Counted from the first letter of the whole stretch, positions 1-14,165 are shown. The stretch: DNA of 63,865 bases, filler included, from Bipalium vagum (GCA_037834085.1; 3 parts of 3 records of this genome joined end to end with filler, not necessarily neighbours in it); one strand, 5' to 3'. Numbers and translations: made by a program. Notes: generated from the letters alone by a model not told the origin.

Positions 1-560
1 CATAATCAAATTAGTTCAGTGAAATAACATTGTTTGTAAAAACATACTTGAGTCTATTTCAATGGCCAGGTACTGTATAAGGACCCTCTACGATTATGTT
101 TATTGTCTGATCAGTTTTGTACCTCTGTGTACATATGGCATCCAATGATTTGGATCATCTAAGGAAAAACATTTTCATCACTAAATACAACATTCTGTCA
201 ATATCAAGATATGACATTCATTCTGCATATCTTATCATTCCTTAAAAATTTTATTTCCATTGAGGCTTTGAAGTATTTCATGTCCCTTTATATCAAATAT
301 CGTCTTAAAGTTCTATTAGAACACTTTATTCATCATTCCCTATTCAATATCGTTGAATTGACCTTTTCATTATTTTCATTTTTCTCTTGAATGACTTTAT
401 TTTTAACTCACCTACGCCTGTTCTTTCTTTTTAATTAGTTTTGGTTTATAAGTGCATAAACTTACGGCTGCATGTCTGGTAACGCCAAGTATTCGGTCTA
501 TTTCTGTGTAGGTCAGGTTCTTTTTTCTCAATATTTAACTGAAGACTTTTTCATTTTGTA
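1..560 (-). mobile_element. Decayed Tc1/Tc3-like transposase fragment
   Basis: Minus-strand reading gives NVVFSDE..FSLDDPN across a frameshift, resembling the VIFSDEKKFNLDGPD first catalytic motif; many stops; boundaries approximate. Confidence 0.55.
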
Positions 561-1339
561 GTGTCTTATTTTTAAAAAATAAATTTCAATTATATTTGTT
601 CCAGGTCCAATAAAATTTGTTTTGTTAAAAGAATTTAAAGATTTTAAATGAAATTCTACTGGATATTTTCTATTAGTAAATTTATTTTAGAAAGTATTAT
701 TTTTAATTGCTGATTGAATGTCTCCTTCAACTAAAAAAATTTGGACATTTTTCTTGAATATTTTGTATTGTATTTTCATTAGTACTATTATTATACTTTT
801 CATTAGTATTACTTTTATTACTATTTTATAAAAAATGAATGTTTGTATTTTAAAATTTACTTTTGTTATATTCAAAAGCATAATCTGTATTTAAAAAAAA
901 TAATTGAAAGTAAAAAAGAAAAAATTATATATTAAAAAAACAAGTTAAAATTTATTTAAAAATGTTACTAATTTTCTTTCATAGAAACTAAAAAAAATTA
1001 GTTTTTTTTCTTTCAAAATTTTGATATTTTTGTTTGATTTTCCATTTAAAAAAATATTTGACTTTTTTATTTTTGAAATTTTTTAAAATTTTTTGAATAT
1101 ACAATACATAAAATACAAAATAAATAAAAATATTTGATTTGTTACTATGATTCCCGCTTTTACAAAAATTATTTTAAATTTGTGGTTCAATAAATAAATT
1201 AAAATGAAATCATTTGCAAGATCATAATGTGTCACATGTGTTTGTGTGCGACCATTTTTTTCGTTAACACTCTTTATTATATTAATAATTCAATAAAAAC
1301 AGGTTTATTTAAATAGATATTATTTTAAAAATACAGAAA

Positions 1340-1970
1340 TTCAAAATGGCCAATTTTTTTCCAAAAAAACGTTATATTACTTTTGGCAAAGAAAATCTAT
1401 ATATAAAAACACCGCTTATTGGTAAAAGACTAAGACAAATATGCTCCTTCCGCTTCTACAAGGAATGGTTTTGCCGATTCAGGAATGAAGATTATGGACA
1501 AAGAGCATGGTAAACTGAAAAGTGTTTAAGATGAAGAATTGACACAATAAATACACGAAGACCCATGTCAAACGCAAAGCGAACTGTCCATTGTGTTAAA
1601 TATCAGCCATGAAAGCATTTCCTAACGTCTGAGCAGTATGGGAATGATTTAGAATTACGGAAATAGATATTGAAAGGCCATGTACAATTTCTGATATCCA
1701 CCTTCGTAGGCAGAAAAGAAAAAGTTTCTTGCATAGGATTGTGACAGAAGACGAGTTATGGATTCGATATAACAACCCAAAACACAAATAATCTTGAGTA
1801 AAACCTATAAAACCGAGTACATCAACGCCCAAACACAATATCCATGGGTCTAGAATGATACTGTGTATCTGAGGGGTTCAAAATGTGTGATTTATTATGA
1901 AATGTTAAAACCATCAGAAACAATGACTGGTGAACGTTCCAATTTATTTGTTTGAATTAAGCTCTTAAAA
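1340..1970 (+). mobile_element. Decayed mariner (Mos1-like) transposase, 5' part; resumes with HDNTRPH at ~3690-3730
   Basis: EWFCRFRN, EDPCQTQSEL, FLHRIVTEDELWIRYNNPK and VIYYEMLKPSETMTGE motifs with stops and frameshifts. Confidence 0.85.
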
Positions 1971-1977
1971 ATTTAAG

Positions 1978-3693
1978 TGTCTGGTTCGGCGCTTACTGCA
2001 AGATCTAATCTCGAAAATATAAAATGCTAACACTATTAATATAGGTTAGATATGGGCTCACCAACTACTTCAAAGGTAGTGTAACAAATGAGTGTTCTAA
2101 GATACGAACTAAATCAACTGAGATAACACGATTTTATTACAAAAAATATTTTGTAAAACAAATACAACTATTATCACAATAATAATATTAATTAATTAAA
2201 GTTTTCTTGGTTTTACGATAACCGAAGAAGCCCTGATATTAAAAATACGTATTCTGTCACCTAGAGCGAAGCAGAATCGAATTGCCAAGATAACAAAAAA
2301 CAGAAACGAGAGAATATAATAAAAAGAACGTATTGCAGAGTTTTTTCTCTGAATACGTTAATGATTATTTAATTATTTGGATTTTTCTGAAAACAGATCG
2401 ATTTACGTTTAAAATAGCCGAAGCATATTTATTACCTTTTATTATTACCAGCTTAATTTGTCAATTACGAAGTTAATTGCGAATTGAATTAGAAAACCAA
2501 GAGCTTATATAATCCTGATTTTCACATACCTGATCTCTTGATTGTTGGAAAAAAAACTTTCCATTAATAGAGTAATATGTGCTATTTTACGAAAGTTCCC
2601 ATATTATGGAACTTACTAAATATAACCTCCCATATATTAATATTTTCTCATATTAATGTATTTCTAGTAAATTTTATTTTCTGATTAATTATTATTCATT
2701 TTAGTTATTTTTACCAATTTTGTGGGTTAAGCTTTAACTAACTTCAACCCACAATTTATATTAATTAAAAACGAATTTATAATTTAAATATTATTTTTTA
2801 TAAAATAACACGTAAAAGGAATCATGATATAAGAGAAAGTAAGCCTAACAAGCTTTTTTATGCAAATGTTCACAATTAAAATGTTATTTAAGTGTCAATT
2901 ATGAGCTTTGGAGAATCATCCTCCTTAAGCTCTTGTTCTGGCTGTAGCGGCTCCGTTGTGGACTTTGGATTTGAATTGCTGGGATATCTTTTTGTATGGA
3001 TCCCAACAACCTTGACGTTATTTGTAATATTCGATTTCAATTTGGATGTTACCTCACTTTATTAATATTATTTTATCATTACTTTTTCAAGTTATTCCAC
3101 ATTATTAACTCTAAGATTAAACTTTCAAGCTGATGCCCTACTTTGCTTTAATAATTCAACTTTCAATTTCAAACATTTCATATTTGATATATTAATTTTT
3201 TAAAAAATTTAATTAAACAAAATCAAAAAATATTCAATAAAAAACAAATTTATTTTGTAATCATTGTTCTGCAATGTCAATCATTGCTATTGACTTGAAA
3301 GTTGTTCTTTTAGACTTCCACAATAATAATAATAATATTAATTAAAGGTTAATATTAAATATTGGTTTACATTTATTAATAATTTAAAACAAACCTTCTG
3401 CTTAATTAATAATTTTTCATTGACTCTTACGATTTCAATTTTAATTTTGATATTTTCTTTTTAAAATATTTACTTTCGAACATACCTTTCCATTTTCGTC
3501 CCAATGTCAACGTAAATAAATTCAATATAAAAAAAACTAAATTACGATTCCAAAACATGTCTATGCACGAAATCATTAATAATTTTTTCATGAACCAGAT
3601 AATCGTGAATCAATTACAATCCATTTCACCTGTATTAAGGCGAACGGTAAGGTATTCATAGTAGTTCTTATTATAGACTCGGATGTCGCTACA
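1978..3693. mobile_element. ~1.7-kb unclassified insertion splitting the mariner (possibly LTR-like, TG...CA ends)
   Basis: Mariner homology stops at ~1970 and resumes at ~3690; segment reads TGTCTGG...GTCGCTACA; no TSD found and the CA end overlaps the mariner LHDN codons. Confidence 0.35.
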
Positions 3694-3948
3694 TGACAAC
3701 ACTAGACCACATGTCATCAAAACTGTCACATTCTTCCAACATATTCAGGCTTGTTATCATAAGTCAATAGGAAATTTCATTCATATTGATGGTCAATATT
3801 TTAGAAAAAATAAAGGGACAGGGAGGAAATTAAAATAAATCAGAATAACCTTTCTTAAAAATTTATTTTTAAAAACTATTGGCGGATATTTTAAATTCAT
3901 TTAAACTATCCAAATCAAAGGAGTAAACATCACCAGTTTTGAAAAAGA

Positions 3949-4590
3949 TCATTTGGGCTTTATATAAATGGTATCCTTACACCCTTCCTGATGACAACTA
4001 TACCTGGCCGCGGTAAATAAATAATCACTCAATCGATTTACGTAAGTCAGCACACTGGGCTCAATCTGATTGTCTAGGCTTGATTGGTTTAAACTTCTTT
4101 CTGCTCGACGACAAACAGCTCGACTTAAATGAAACATAGAACTCATCTTAGATTCGCCAGATGGCAAAATGAAGTTTTTTAGAACTGGTAATACGTCTGT
4201 CATCTCATCGATCCAACTTTCCAGAGTGTTTGTATGATTCGTACCGAATCCAATTCTGTTCTGGAGAGATTCTTTACGATTCTCAAATGGAACAGCAATA
4301 GAGCTACCGATGTCTTGCAGGTTACATTGTATTTCAAATAAATGTTTATCAATTTTAATAGGATATATAATTTCACTACGTTTTATTTCGAAACGAATGC
4401 CTCCAAGATGGCATGATAATTCATCAATATCACCCAAAGCAGAAAATACATCATCGCTCTTAGCTCTTCTTTCACCTGTGTACAGACTTGATTTTCCTTT
4501 ATCGCCTGTACGCGTGTAAATTTTTGAATAATTTCGTTTTACAAAATCCACTAAATGAGATTCGTAAATATTAAAAATTTTGAAAATCAT
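3949..4590 (-). CDS. MMAB: Cob(I)alamin adenosyltransferase, PduO/MMAB type, intronless, short N-terminal leader
   Basis: Intact 213-aa ORF with KIYTRTGDKG, GDIDEL, FILPSG, RAVCRRAER and YVNRLSDYLFTAARY signature motifs. Confidence 0.96.
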   Translation of the reverse strand: MIFKIFNIYESHLVDFVKRNYSKIYTRTGDKGKSSLYTGERRAKSDDVFSALGDIDELSCHLGGIRFEIKRSEIIYPIKIDKHLFEIQCNLQDIGSSIAVPFENRKESLQNRIGFGTNHTNTLESWIDEMTDVLPVLKNFILPSGESKMSSMFHLSRAVCRRAERSLNQSSLDNQIEPSVLTYVNRLSDYLFTAARYSCHQEGCKDTIYIKPK

Positions 4591-5979
4591 TTAAAATAAA
4601 TTTTATTTTCTAAAAATGAAATAAACAAAGTTATTTACTTTTAAAATTTTGTCATTTGATTTATGATAAATTTTAAAATTGGAAATTAAATATTTATTTA
4701 TTTATTCAGAATAACAAATGTGTTTATAACTTTTATTTTAATATTTCCTAAATCTGTTAAAGAATAATAAAATTTAAATATAATCCACTTTTACTCTTAT
4801 TAATAAAAAAAATTTTCCGTTTATTTATTATATCCATGAAAACCTTATTTTAAATTGCATTGGATAATCATTTCTACATATATTATTAGAATATCGATAT
4901 TTTATATGAAATATATATATTAATGAAAAATATTCACAATAGATGAATTAAACTTGTTATTTTTTGTTTCATTTGTAGGAAGTGAAAGTTCAACTTTAGC
5001 TGAATGTTTACAAGTTCAATATATCTTATATTCAGAAGTTACTGAACAAAAAATGAGTTATAAAATTTAATTTAAATAAAATCCCTTTTCAATTTGTCAT
5101 TATGACAAGGTTATATAATAAAACGAAACATAAAAATAATCCCATCTCAACAAAAAATCCAACTTAATATATCACACTGCTATTTCTGAAACATAAACTA
5201 TTAAACAATAGTACTTTTAAAGTTAAATATCGAAGTATAAACAAACTCATTAATCTTAGACAACCTATATCTTCCTATACTTATATTTTATAATTTGATT
5301 GATGAATTCCTAATTTAATTTTTTCAAATGAGATATTTTTAATCTAATTATTTAATTACACAATCAATGTAAACAGAACTGATTTAAAGAAATTTTAATC
5401 TGCATACAAAATTTTAAAATCAACAAATCATAATATACATATATTTCGAAGTTCTATGAAAAAAAACAAAGAAGTATATGAATTATGATTTTCATAAACA
5501 CCTTATATCACATTTAAACTTTCTGTTACAAATCATCCGTGACCAGTCTACACTATTAACAAATTAAAATTATTCTTTAGCAAACTTCATTATTGATTCA
5601 ACAAAAAAAATCGTTGTTTCTTTTGAGCATAAAAGCGTTACTTCTGCCTAAAGAATCATTAGACCATGTACAAATGATAAAGTTACATCACCATAATACT
5701 GGTAAAATCCAAAAATCTATTCTGAAACTATTTTAACTCTCTTTTTCTCTCTCTGAAAGATATTTGACTCGAAAAAAAGAATAGAAAACTCAATCGAACC
5801 TCTCAACGAGGCCTAAATTTCCTAAGGGATTTTTGATAATTTCTGTTAGATGAAGAAAAACCGAGGTTCACACGTTCTAGTGACACAGAAATCAAACAAC
5901 CCCGCATACTCAGTCAACAAAGAGAAAGAGAACGGGGGAAAAGGGTTATATTCGTAAAGAAAGCTTTCTGGTTCACTGA

Positions 5980-7812
5980 TCAAAAGGGCAAATGAGCAAA
6001 CTGCTTTTTGTACTGTCTCCGCAACTTTTGCGTAGCCGAGGAGTAATTGGAGTCATATGTCCGCAAATAGAAATTCTTACGCTCCGGTCTGGAGTGAAAT
6101 CCTTTCCAGGTGGACATGACCGAGATTTTCGGAACCACTGAAACAAAATTCATTATTAACATAAGCCAAATGCAGCAAAAAACAACTTTTATCGTTTGCC
6201 TCGATTTTTGTTTTCATATTTCGAAGGGACAGCTCAAATTTCCTTTGGACACTGTTTACGGCCCTCAAATAAGATTGACGCCATGTTTCGTTGGTCTGGC
6301 GCCCGTAGTTGGCATATCGGGCCGTGAAATGCTTGCGCCACAGTCCGTCGTTGTCCTCGATGTAATGCTGGACGATGGGAAGTGTCAAAAATAAGTTATC
6401 AAAGCATAACACAAACTGGATTGAAATGCTCGAACCTCTGCAGCTGTTCCGGGGAGTAGTTGTCGAGAACTGTTACTAGCAATTCGCGAGGGGTCAAGTA
6501 CACTTCCTCGATGTACATTCTGTATTCCAGCAGAACGTCCTGACAGATTTTCAACAGTGATTCCGGTTGGTTTCCGCTGTAGCTGAACTTGACGGCCTTT
6601 GGCACCCAGAACTTCAAGTTAGGATCGACACGTTCAGTTAGACCTGTGAAAAATGTTTTTGGATCAACTCATATCTCTATAAAAATCAGACATAAATCGA
6701 GTTCAGGTCTTGTGACACCGATCTTCCACAAAAACAGGTGTCGACAAAAAAAGGAAACTGATTGCCAATAAATCTATCACGCAAACAGAGATAAATAAAC
6801 TATACAATCTCGTTCCAAAGTAAATAAAAACATCTAATACATGGAATAGATTTCAATTAATTTTTACAATTAATGAAAAAATCAATCCATCTCCAAAGAA
6901 ACGCAAGAAAAACACAAAAGGAATAAAACAAATAAAAAAATTTTGGCATTAAGACCACTTCAAGAATAAAAATCAATAAATAACAAAAGAGCGACTCTAA
7001 ATCATTCTTAAAAAATCGATAATTTAAGAAACGCACTATTTGAGGGTAAAAAGTGCGAATGATAAATAAAATCTTGAGTGAATGTTTCAAAAAATTACTG
7101 TCTATCAATGGAAAACTGTTGTCCGGCTCAACTTTTGGCTTGGTAATGATATCGTTTCGTTGTCGAACGGAATCTGTGGATGCCAGTGCACAGATTTCTG
7201 ACATTCTCAACAGTTTTTTCTGTTTGATATTAACACTGGGCTTGATTGTAAAGCTGTCCATAAAACTGATTCCCAGTTCTGAGGTCAATTCTCTGTTTTG
7301 ACTTAAGGTAACATTGTCGTTACAGTTTGTGTTGTTGATGTTGTCACTGTCGGATTTGACACCCATGCCTTTCCTTTTGTAGTAATCTTTTAATGATAGA
7401 CAGACTTTTTTCTGAGGAACTTCTTGTTGATGAGATTTTCGAGAAACATTTTTTAATTTGACTTCGTTAGAAATATTTTTCCCCCTATTAACATTGTTAG
7501 AAGACTTATTTTGCTCACTTGAATTTTGTGGTTTCAAAATTAGGTTTTTCCATTTATTTACAATTAATGCAGCTTTGGAGCCCAGCTCGTTGGATAATTT
7601 TGAACATCTATATAAAACTTTACCTATATTAGATATTACAACATAATCTTTTACTGGAACCCAGTTTTCTAATTTTTTTAAAATTGTTAATTTCTAAATA
7701 GAATTAGATTTATTAATATTGCAAAAAATAAATTCATAAAAACTTTTAAAATATTGCAATTTTGGTCATCTAATATTGTATAGAAATTCTTTAAATCACT
7801 GAGGTTTAACAT
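5980..7812 (-). CDS. ELOA: Elongin A-like; predicted exons 7812-7744, 7693-7099, 6667-6417, 6367-6187, 6137-5980 (1254 nt, 417 aa)
   Basis: TFIIS-N/Med26-like N-terminus (SNIGKVL...ALIVNKWKNLI), BC-box-like PESLLKICQDVL, and SPEQLQRFEHFNP/LWRKH/ETWRQSYLR motifs; GT-AG introns of 50, 431, 49 and 49 nt join in frame. Confidence 0.88.
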
Positions 7813-8300
7813 AATTATCTAAAATTTAAAATTTGAAAGATTAGCCTAATTTTGATGTAATATTTTAATAATTTAAATAATATAAACAATTTTATTTTAG
7901 AATTAAATAAAAACTAGAAACTTAATTTAACCAATTATTTTAATTAATAATTATGACATTGATATAAATTTTATATGAATTTAAAACAATTGATTCATTT
8001 TATGGATACCAAAAAATTAGGTAATGACAATCATAAATTCTCAATCTGTTATCTTGAAAATTACTCATTTCAAAATCTATCATTTGCATAGACAGTTAAT
8101 ACATTTAATTATATTTTGACTCATTAAAAACTTTTAAAACTAAATATTTAAGTTTGTAATTATACCATTCGTTGAATTTTGATTATTATTTTAATTTAAT
8201 ACAGACAAGCATAGTAACAAGTTCTAATCACAATTCTTTAAAAAATAAAATAGCGTAGTAAATGTTAAATAAGTTATTTAATAAAGTATTTAATATATTA

Positions 8301-9660
8301 CAATGTCGTCCATATGTTTTGGGCCACCGTGTAAAAATGGACATATTGTTGATTATGCTTTAAAAAAGAAGTTTTATGATTTGAAATATATCTTAATTTA
8401 GATGTTAACTTTATATTTCATAAAAAAATTAATACAAATAAATGTTTTATAATTATTAAAATACATTTTTTATAATAACGCATTTTTAAAAATTTTTTAA
8501 TGTTATTTAAATATATAAACTATTTTAAGGATTAAATTAATTTTTAAGTAAAATCTAAATCTACAACATTTTACTAAAGGCTAAGTACTATATTTTTAAA
8601 ATCTTAACATTCTTTTGTTAAATATAGCTAAGATATCAATATCTATTAAGAAATTAGTCATTAAAAATCTAAAGAGGATTTGTCTGACAGTTCAGTTTTA
8701 AATAAACTCCATATTTCAAGGAATACTGTTCAAAATATTATACGGAAGTTACGACAACATGGAACATTGGAAAATCTACGTGTTAGTTGAAAATTAATTA
8801 GGACCTTCACATGCGCATGGACTGAGCTACATCCCCTGACTAATTTTTGATTTATCTCACACTATGTACAAGTGATCGTAAGCCGAAAAATACAGAGAGA
8901 TCACTTATTCGGAAGTCAAAGGAAAATCCACAGAAAACAACACATGTATCTATTAGAAATCAAGCCAAACTTCCTTAGTTATTAATGTGAAGCGCATTCT
9001 GAGAGATTGTGAAATGTTCGGACGAATTGCGGAGAAGAAATCGTATTTAAATGAGCGACATTTGAAAAAACGCTTACTATGGTTCAGAGATTATAGGAAA
9101 CTGTTTCCTTCTTTTTGGAATTATGTAATTTTTACTGATGAACGCCGGATAGAACTGTTCTTTAGAAGAAGAGAATACGTCCGCATACCCCAAAGATCCA
9201 GGTATACTTGATAATATACAACGAAAACTGTTAACTTTGAAGGAAATAGTTTGATGGTTTGGAGCGCAATCAAAGAAGATGGCACCAGAGTTTTCATAAG
9301 GTTTCCAGATTGGATGAATTCTGATGCCTACCAGGAATCAAAAAAGAGTTGCGGCCAATATATGAGACACCCAATATATTTCAACAAGATGGAACATCAT
9401 GTCATAAGTCACAATTGGTGACTTCATTTTAGGAAAAGTCAAAGATATGCGTACTGTGTGATTGGTCGGCTCAATCACCAGATCTGAATATAATCGAGCA
9501 GTTGTACGCTGATCTAAAAACCAGAGTTGTTATGCAAGGGCCGGGAAATATTGAGGTATTGTGGAAGAATTCGGAGAAGCAATAGGCGATGATTCTGAAA
9601 TCTAACCTGAGTAAAGTAAGAATGAAGGATGACGATAGAATTTCTGTGATAGAATATTAA
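8301..9660 (+). mobile_element. Decayed Tc1-like (DD34E) transposon with left TIR
   Basis: TA-CAATGTCGTCCATATGTTTTGGGCCACC terminus; VIFTDE, IFQQDG..CH and DWSAQSPDLNIIE motifs. Confidence 0.85.
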
Positions 9661-9979
9661 CTTATTTTTCAAACTATTCCTCAATTTTGATAGATTTAAA
9701 ATTAATAATAAAAGTTTTTGACAATAATTATCAAAAACTTCATAATAGAAAATAATATTTATTTAATTAGTCTTCCATATAATGATATGAAAATCATTAT
9801 ATATATTCACTAAATTTTAATAAATTCTGTTTAAATCATAAAATTTTTGAAAAAAACTAAATATATATTATTTAAGCAAATAGTAATAAGGTACAAGTAT
9901 TATCCGTATTCCAGCCCTAATATTTATAAAAATTGAGATTAATTAAAATTTGGAATTATTTTTATATATATTCTATATA

Positions 9980-10226
9980 CAGTTGAGTCTCGATATAACG
10001 AACCTGTGTGAAACAAATGGTTGGCCGCACATCATATATATACAAATTAAACTTTGATACAGCAAATTTTGATATAACGAAATTTTCGATATAACGAAAT
10101 TTTATGAAACATTTAAATTTACCAATTTTAAATTTACATAATATGTATACTTCAATTTAACGAAACTTTGATATAACGAAGTAATTTGATCGGTCCCTTG
10201 AAATTTGTTATATCAAGACTGAACTG
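9980..10226. mobile_element. MITE (pogo/Tigger-type ends), 247 bp
   Basis: TIRs CAGTTGAGTCTCGATATAACGAA / TTTGTTATATCAAGACTGAACTG, TA on both flanks, internal GATATAACGAA repeats. Confidence 0.85.
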
Positions 10227-10228
10227 TA

Positions 10229-13200
10229 TATAATTCAATAGTGACAGTTTTTCATTGGGAGACAAAGAGAGGTCTGGAAGGTCAAAAGAATTAGAGGATT
10301 ATCAAGTTATGGACCTTCTTGAACAAAACAGATCAATTAGTGCTAAATATATCGCTTCTGAGTTAAATATAAGCGAGCGGCCATAAGAAACCGACTGAAA
10401 GCGTTAGGATTCACTTGCAAACTCGACAAATGGGCTCCCCACCAACTAGGTGAAAAAACAAGTTTGATCGCATTGAAATTTGTTCAAGACTTCTTGAAAG
10501 AAACCGAAATGATCCTTTTCTCGACCGGATAGTCACTTGCGATGAAAAGTGGATCTATCATGACAACATAACCAGACTGTTAGTGGTGGCTAAAAAATCA
10601 TTACAGTCAATGATTATTAATTCAATCAGTTTTCTGTTTTGTTCAATTTGATATTAAAACAAATGAAATTATAATAATTTTCACCTATAAAATTTTCGCA
10701 TTTAATTCGAATATGTTGAGCTTTTAAATTTATATTTGTTTTTATTAAAAATTTAATTTACACTTTTTTAATAATTAAAATCTTTTAGCTCAATATACTG
10801 CAAATTAAATTAAAAATTAAATATGTTACTCAAATATTTTTAGCTTCTCACACAGACGAAGACCGTGGTCATTAAAAAGAGAGCCTCCGCAAAAATTGAA
10901 CAACGCAACCTTACACGAAACAGGGTTCTTTTATGCATTTGGTGTGATTCTCGTGGAATTATTTATCAGGAGTTTCTCAAATCCAGGGAAATCATTAATT
11001 CTGATGTCCATTGTGACATGCTAAGAAGAGTTCATGCCATTATGAAGGAAAACCGGACCAGTTTGATAAACCGAAAACAAATGATTTTCCACCGAGATAA
11101 CGCCAAGCCTCACAAATCAATGAAGACATTGAAGGTTATTTAGGAATTAAGCTGGAGTCTAATGGAACATCTGTCACATAATCCCGGTATCGCCCCATTC
11201 GATTTTTATTTGTTCCGTTTATTACCGAATCACTTGATAGGTAAAAATTGTAAGAGTTCCGAAGGTATAAAGAATGAAGTACTTTCTTTTGTTAAGATCC
11301 TAAAAGTTGAGTTCATTTTAAAAGTGGAGCTTATGATGCTTAGGTCTTAACGTGTCTTGGCTATTATTATTATAATGGATATTTTTATATTTTTCCGGGA
11401 TTTTTTTATAATTTTTCTGATTTCAGACATTTTTGATTTTTTCTCTAAAATTTAGAAATTGATTTTTATATTATAAAATAATATTTTTATTTACTATTTA
11501 TAATAAATATATTCATAATTGTAAAAATATTAATAATATTAAAAACTGTTCCACTGAAAGGTAAAAAAAAGTTTAAATAAAAATCAACCTATTTTAATTT
11601 TTTTTAAAAATATATAAAATTAAAAATAAATAAAAGTTGCTTATTTATGTGTTCCTTAATATTAGTTAAATTGATTAAGAAAACGATTTGACTTTTAAAT
11701 ACTTTTCTTTTGTTCAAGGTAAAATTACAAATACGTGATATCGGTCTTGACTGTTTAAAATTGATTTTATTAATTATAATTATTATTTAAGAAAAATCCT
11801 CTCGCTCTAAGGCTCAGAGGTCCTCAAATTAAGAAAAAAATATATTTTACCACCCTACTTAGTGTGTGAAGTATGAACAATAAAAAGAAAAAGTAATAAG
11901 AAATGGAAGTTCAAAAAATTAGATAATCCTCAGGTCCAGGCCTGAGTATTTATTTACTTATTATTGATAAACGGTGCCTTGTCTAACAAGACACGTCTGC
12001 TTAATAAAAAATGAAATATCAACACAATTATATTATTTTTTATTGAGAATCAATACCAGTCTTGTAAACCTTTGGTTCCAAGCTAGTTTTATTATTTATT
12101 ATTTACGATTATTATTGAAATTTTAGATAATTTATGATAATAGCCTTTGTCACACTCTGGTGTAACAAGTTATATAGATATTTATAAGATTGTGGCAAGA
12201 TACTTATAATATGTAATTATCAAATATTACTTTAATACTACTATTTCTTTTATAACACTATGGCTATAAAGATAAACTTGTTACTAAAATATGGACAAAT
12301 TAATATTCAAAACAACAATTTATTTTAACGATAAAACTTTGTTACATGAATGTAACAAGTTAATGCTAAAAAATTTACTTTTTCAAAAAGCATATAATTA
12401 TTCTTTTCCTTTGCCTTTCTCTGCTTGTCGTCGTCTATTGCCCCTTTGTTTTAGATTACGGTATTCCTTTTATTTTTGATTTATGGTCTTCTTTTATCCG
12501 TATTTGCATTGAGTGGGTTTTTGTATTCGGCGTAGGTTTTACTGTTGAATAGTGGTTATTGATCTTTTACTGTCGTAGGTTTTGTGATGTTTACTGAGTT
12601 GTCCGCTTGGCTGAATTATCACAATCTGTGGGTCGTATAGAATTTCCTACGATCAATGCTCTGAAGGCTGAATTGGTTATTATCTATTTTCTGTAAATTG
12701 AATCTGCTATAAGCCGTGATTAGTGGTTATTTATCTCTTTTTGTTGTGTGTCTTTTGTAATTTTTTGCTTTCTTTTATATTGATCTTTTTAACTTGTTTT
12801 CTATAATCAGCAATTTTCTTTTCCCTAATATAATTCTGCTATCTTTCTTTTCTCTATTTCTTACTATACTTAGTTTCCAATATAGAATTTTTACCATTTT
12901 CTCTATTATTAGTATCTTGATGTTACGTTTTTATAAGTTTTTAAAAAAATATAAATAAATAAATAAAATTAAAAATAATATTAGTGTTAATAATAATTCA
13001 TACATGTTATTCCGCAAGATGTTATTTTATTATACATTATTATCATACATTATTATCTTAGTTATTATGATATTTCACTTTCTTTTTATTCATTATTTAT
13101 TATTGCTTAATTATTATTTTATTGTTTATAAATCAGTCAAGAGCGATTTTACAATACATATATTTTTCAGCTTGGGATTATATCAAACAACATCAAATAA

Positions 13201-13430
13201 TAATCACACAATGTCAAAGATCAGTTTTTGACTTTGATTGCTCCGAGTTGGTTGTTTGAATTGGAACTGGTTGCTCTTGATTTGGTTGATTTGAACCCGA
13301 TATACTTGGTTGTAGTCTCCACATTTTGTTTCATTCAAAAGATCGAGATTTCTTTAATACTGGGACCAATAAACTTCTAAATAGATGGGAGGCGGTAACA
13401 GAAAAGGATAAGGAATATCTGGACGATTAA
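10229..13430 (+). mobile_element. Decayed mariner transposase in three pieces (10229-10590, 10860-11289, 13324-13430)
   Basis: ERSGRS, KWAPHQL, FLDRIVTCDEKWIYHDN, HRDNAKPH, NPGIAPFDFYLF and C-terminal SKDRDFFNTGTNKLLNRWEAV..KDKEYLDD*. Confidence 0.9.
11290..13323. mobile_element. Probable long solo LTR (2034 bp) inserted in mariner
   Basis: TGTTAAG...CTCCACA ends, near-TSD CTTT/TTTT; removing it plus one TSD copy restores the mariner frame (SLFHSKDRDFF). Confidence 0.55.
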
Positions 13431-14165
13431 TTGTTTAATAATGTATTAGTATCAATAGATTAAATTTAACTTCATTCTTAGTTTAGTTTTTAATTAAAAA
13501 ACGAAAAAATCTTAACATATTTGCTATTAGGTTGTCAAATGAAATTTCCGATTTTAAAACTAATTTTTAAAACTACTATAATTCACGTAATATTTAACAT
13601 TTGGAACTTATTTAAATATCATTTTGAAGCGTTAAATCTGGAGAATCAATATATAATATTTGTAATAAGTAATATAAACAATAAAGAAAATGCAAAATAA
13701 ATTTCAAGGTAAAAGCAAATCTAAGAATTTCAGATTTTTTAGATTAAGTCTGGATTTGTTTCATGTATAACTTTTTATTTTTATTGAATTAATTAAAAAT
13801 GTAAGTAAATGACGAGGGTTATTGGGTTATCAAATTTTAAAACTTATTGTTTTTTAAGATTAAGGATGTCTTGTGGTCCAGTTTCTCATTTTCTTTAATA
13901 CATATTGAATATTTTACTTATAAAACTTCTCATTACACAATTTTATCAAAATAGAGAAAGACGAACCATACGAACAAATCGTTTAATTTATTGCAAAATT
14001 GAAACTGTAACAAAAAATGAGTTCTCAAACATTTTAATATTACATTAGAAAGTACACTGAAAACAATATAAAACAATTTTAAAATTGAAAATACAATGAT
14101 AACAGCGACAAACAATAGAAAATACGCATAAACAGCAATATTAACAACGAAAATCAAAATTGACA

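Noticed and set aside
3949-4590. Intronless MMAB as a bacterial horizontal transfer
   Set aside because: MMAB is a normal animal gene; the sequence has an N-terminal extension and host-like composition, so there is no positive evidence without a phylogeny
6857-7098. Hydrophobic C-terminus of the 226-aa ORF
   Set aside because: Read-through into T-rich Elongin A intron 2
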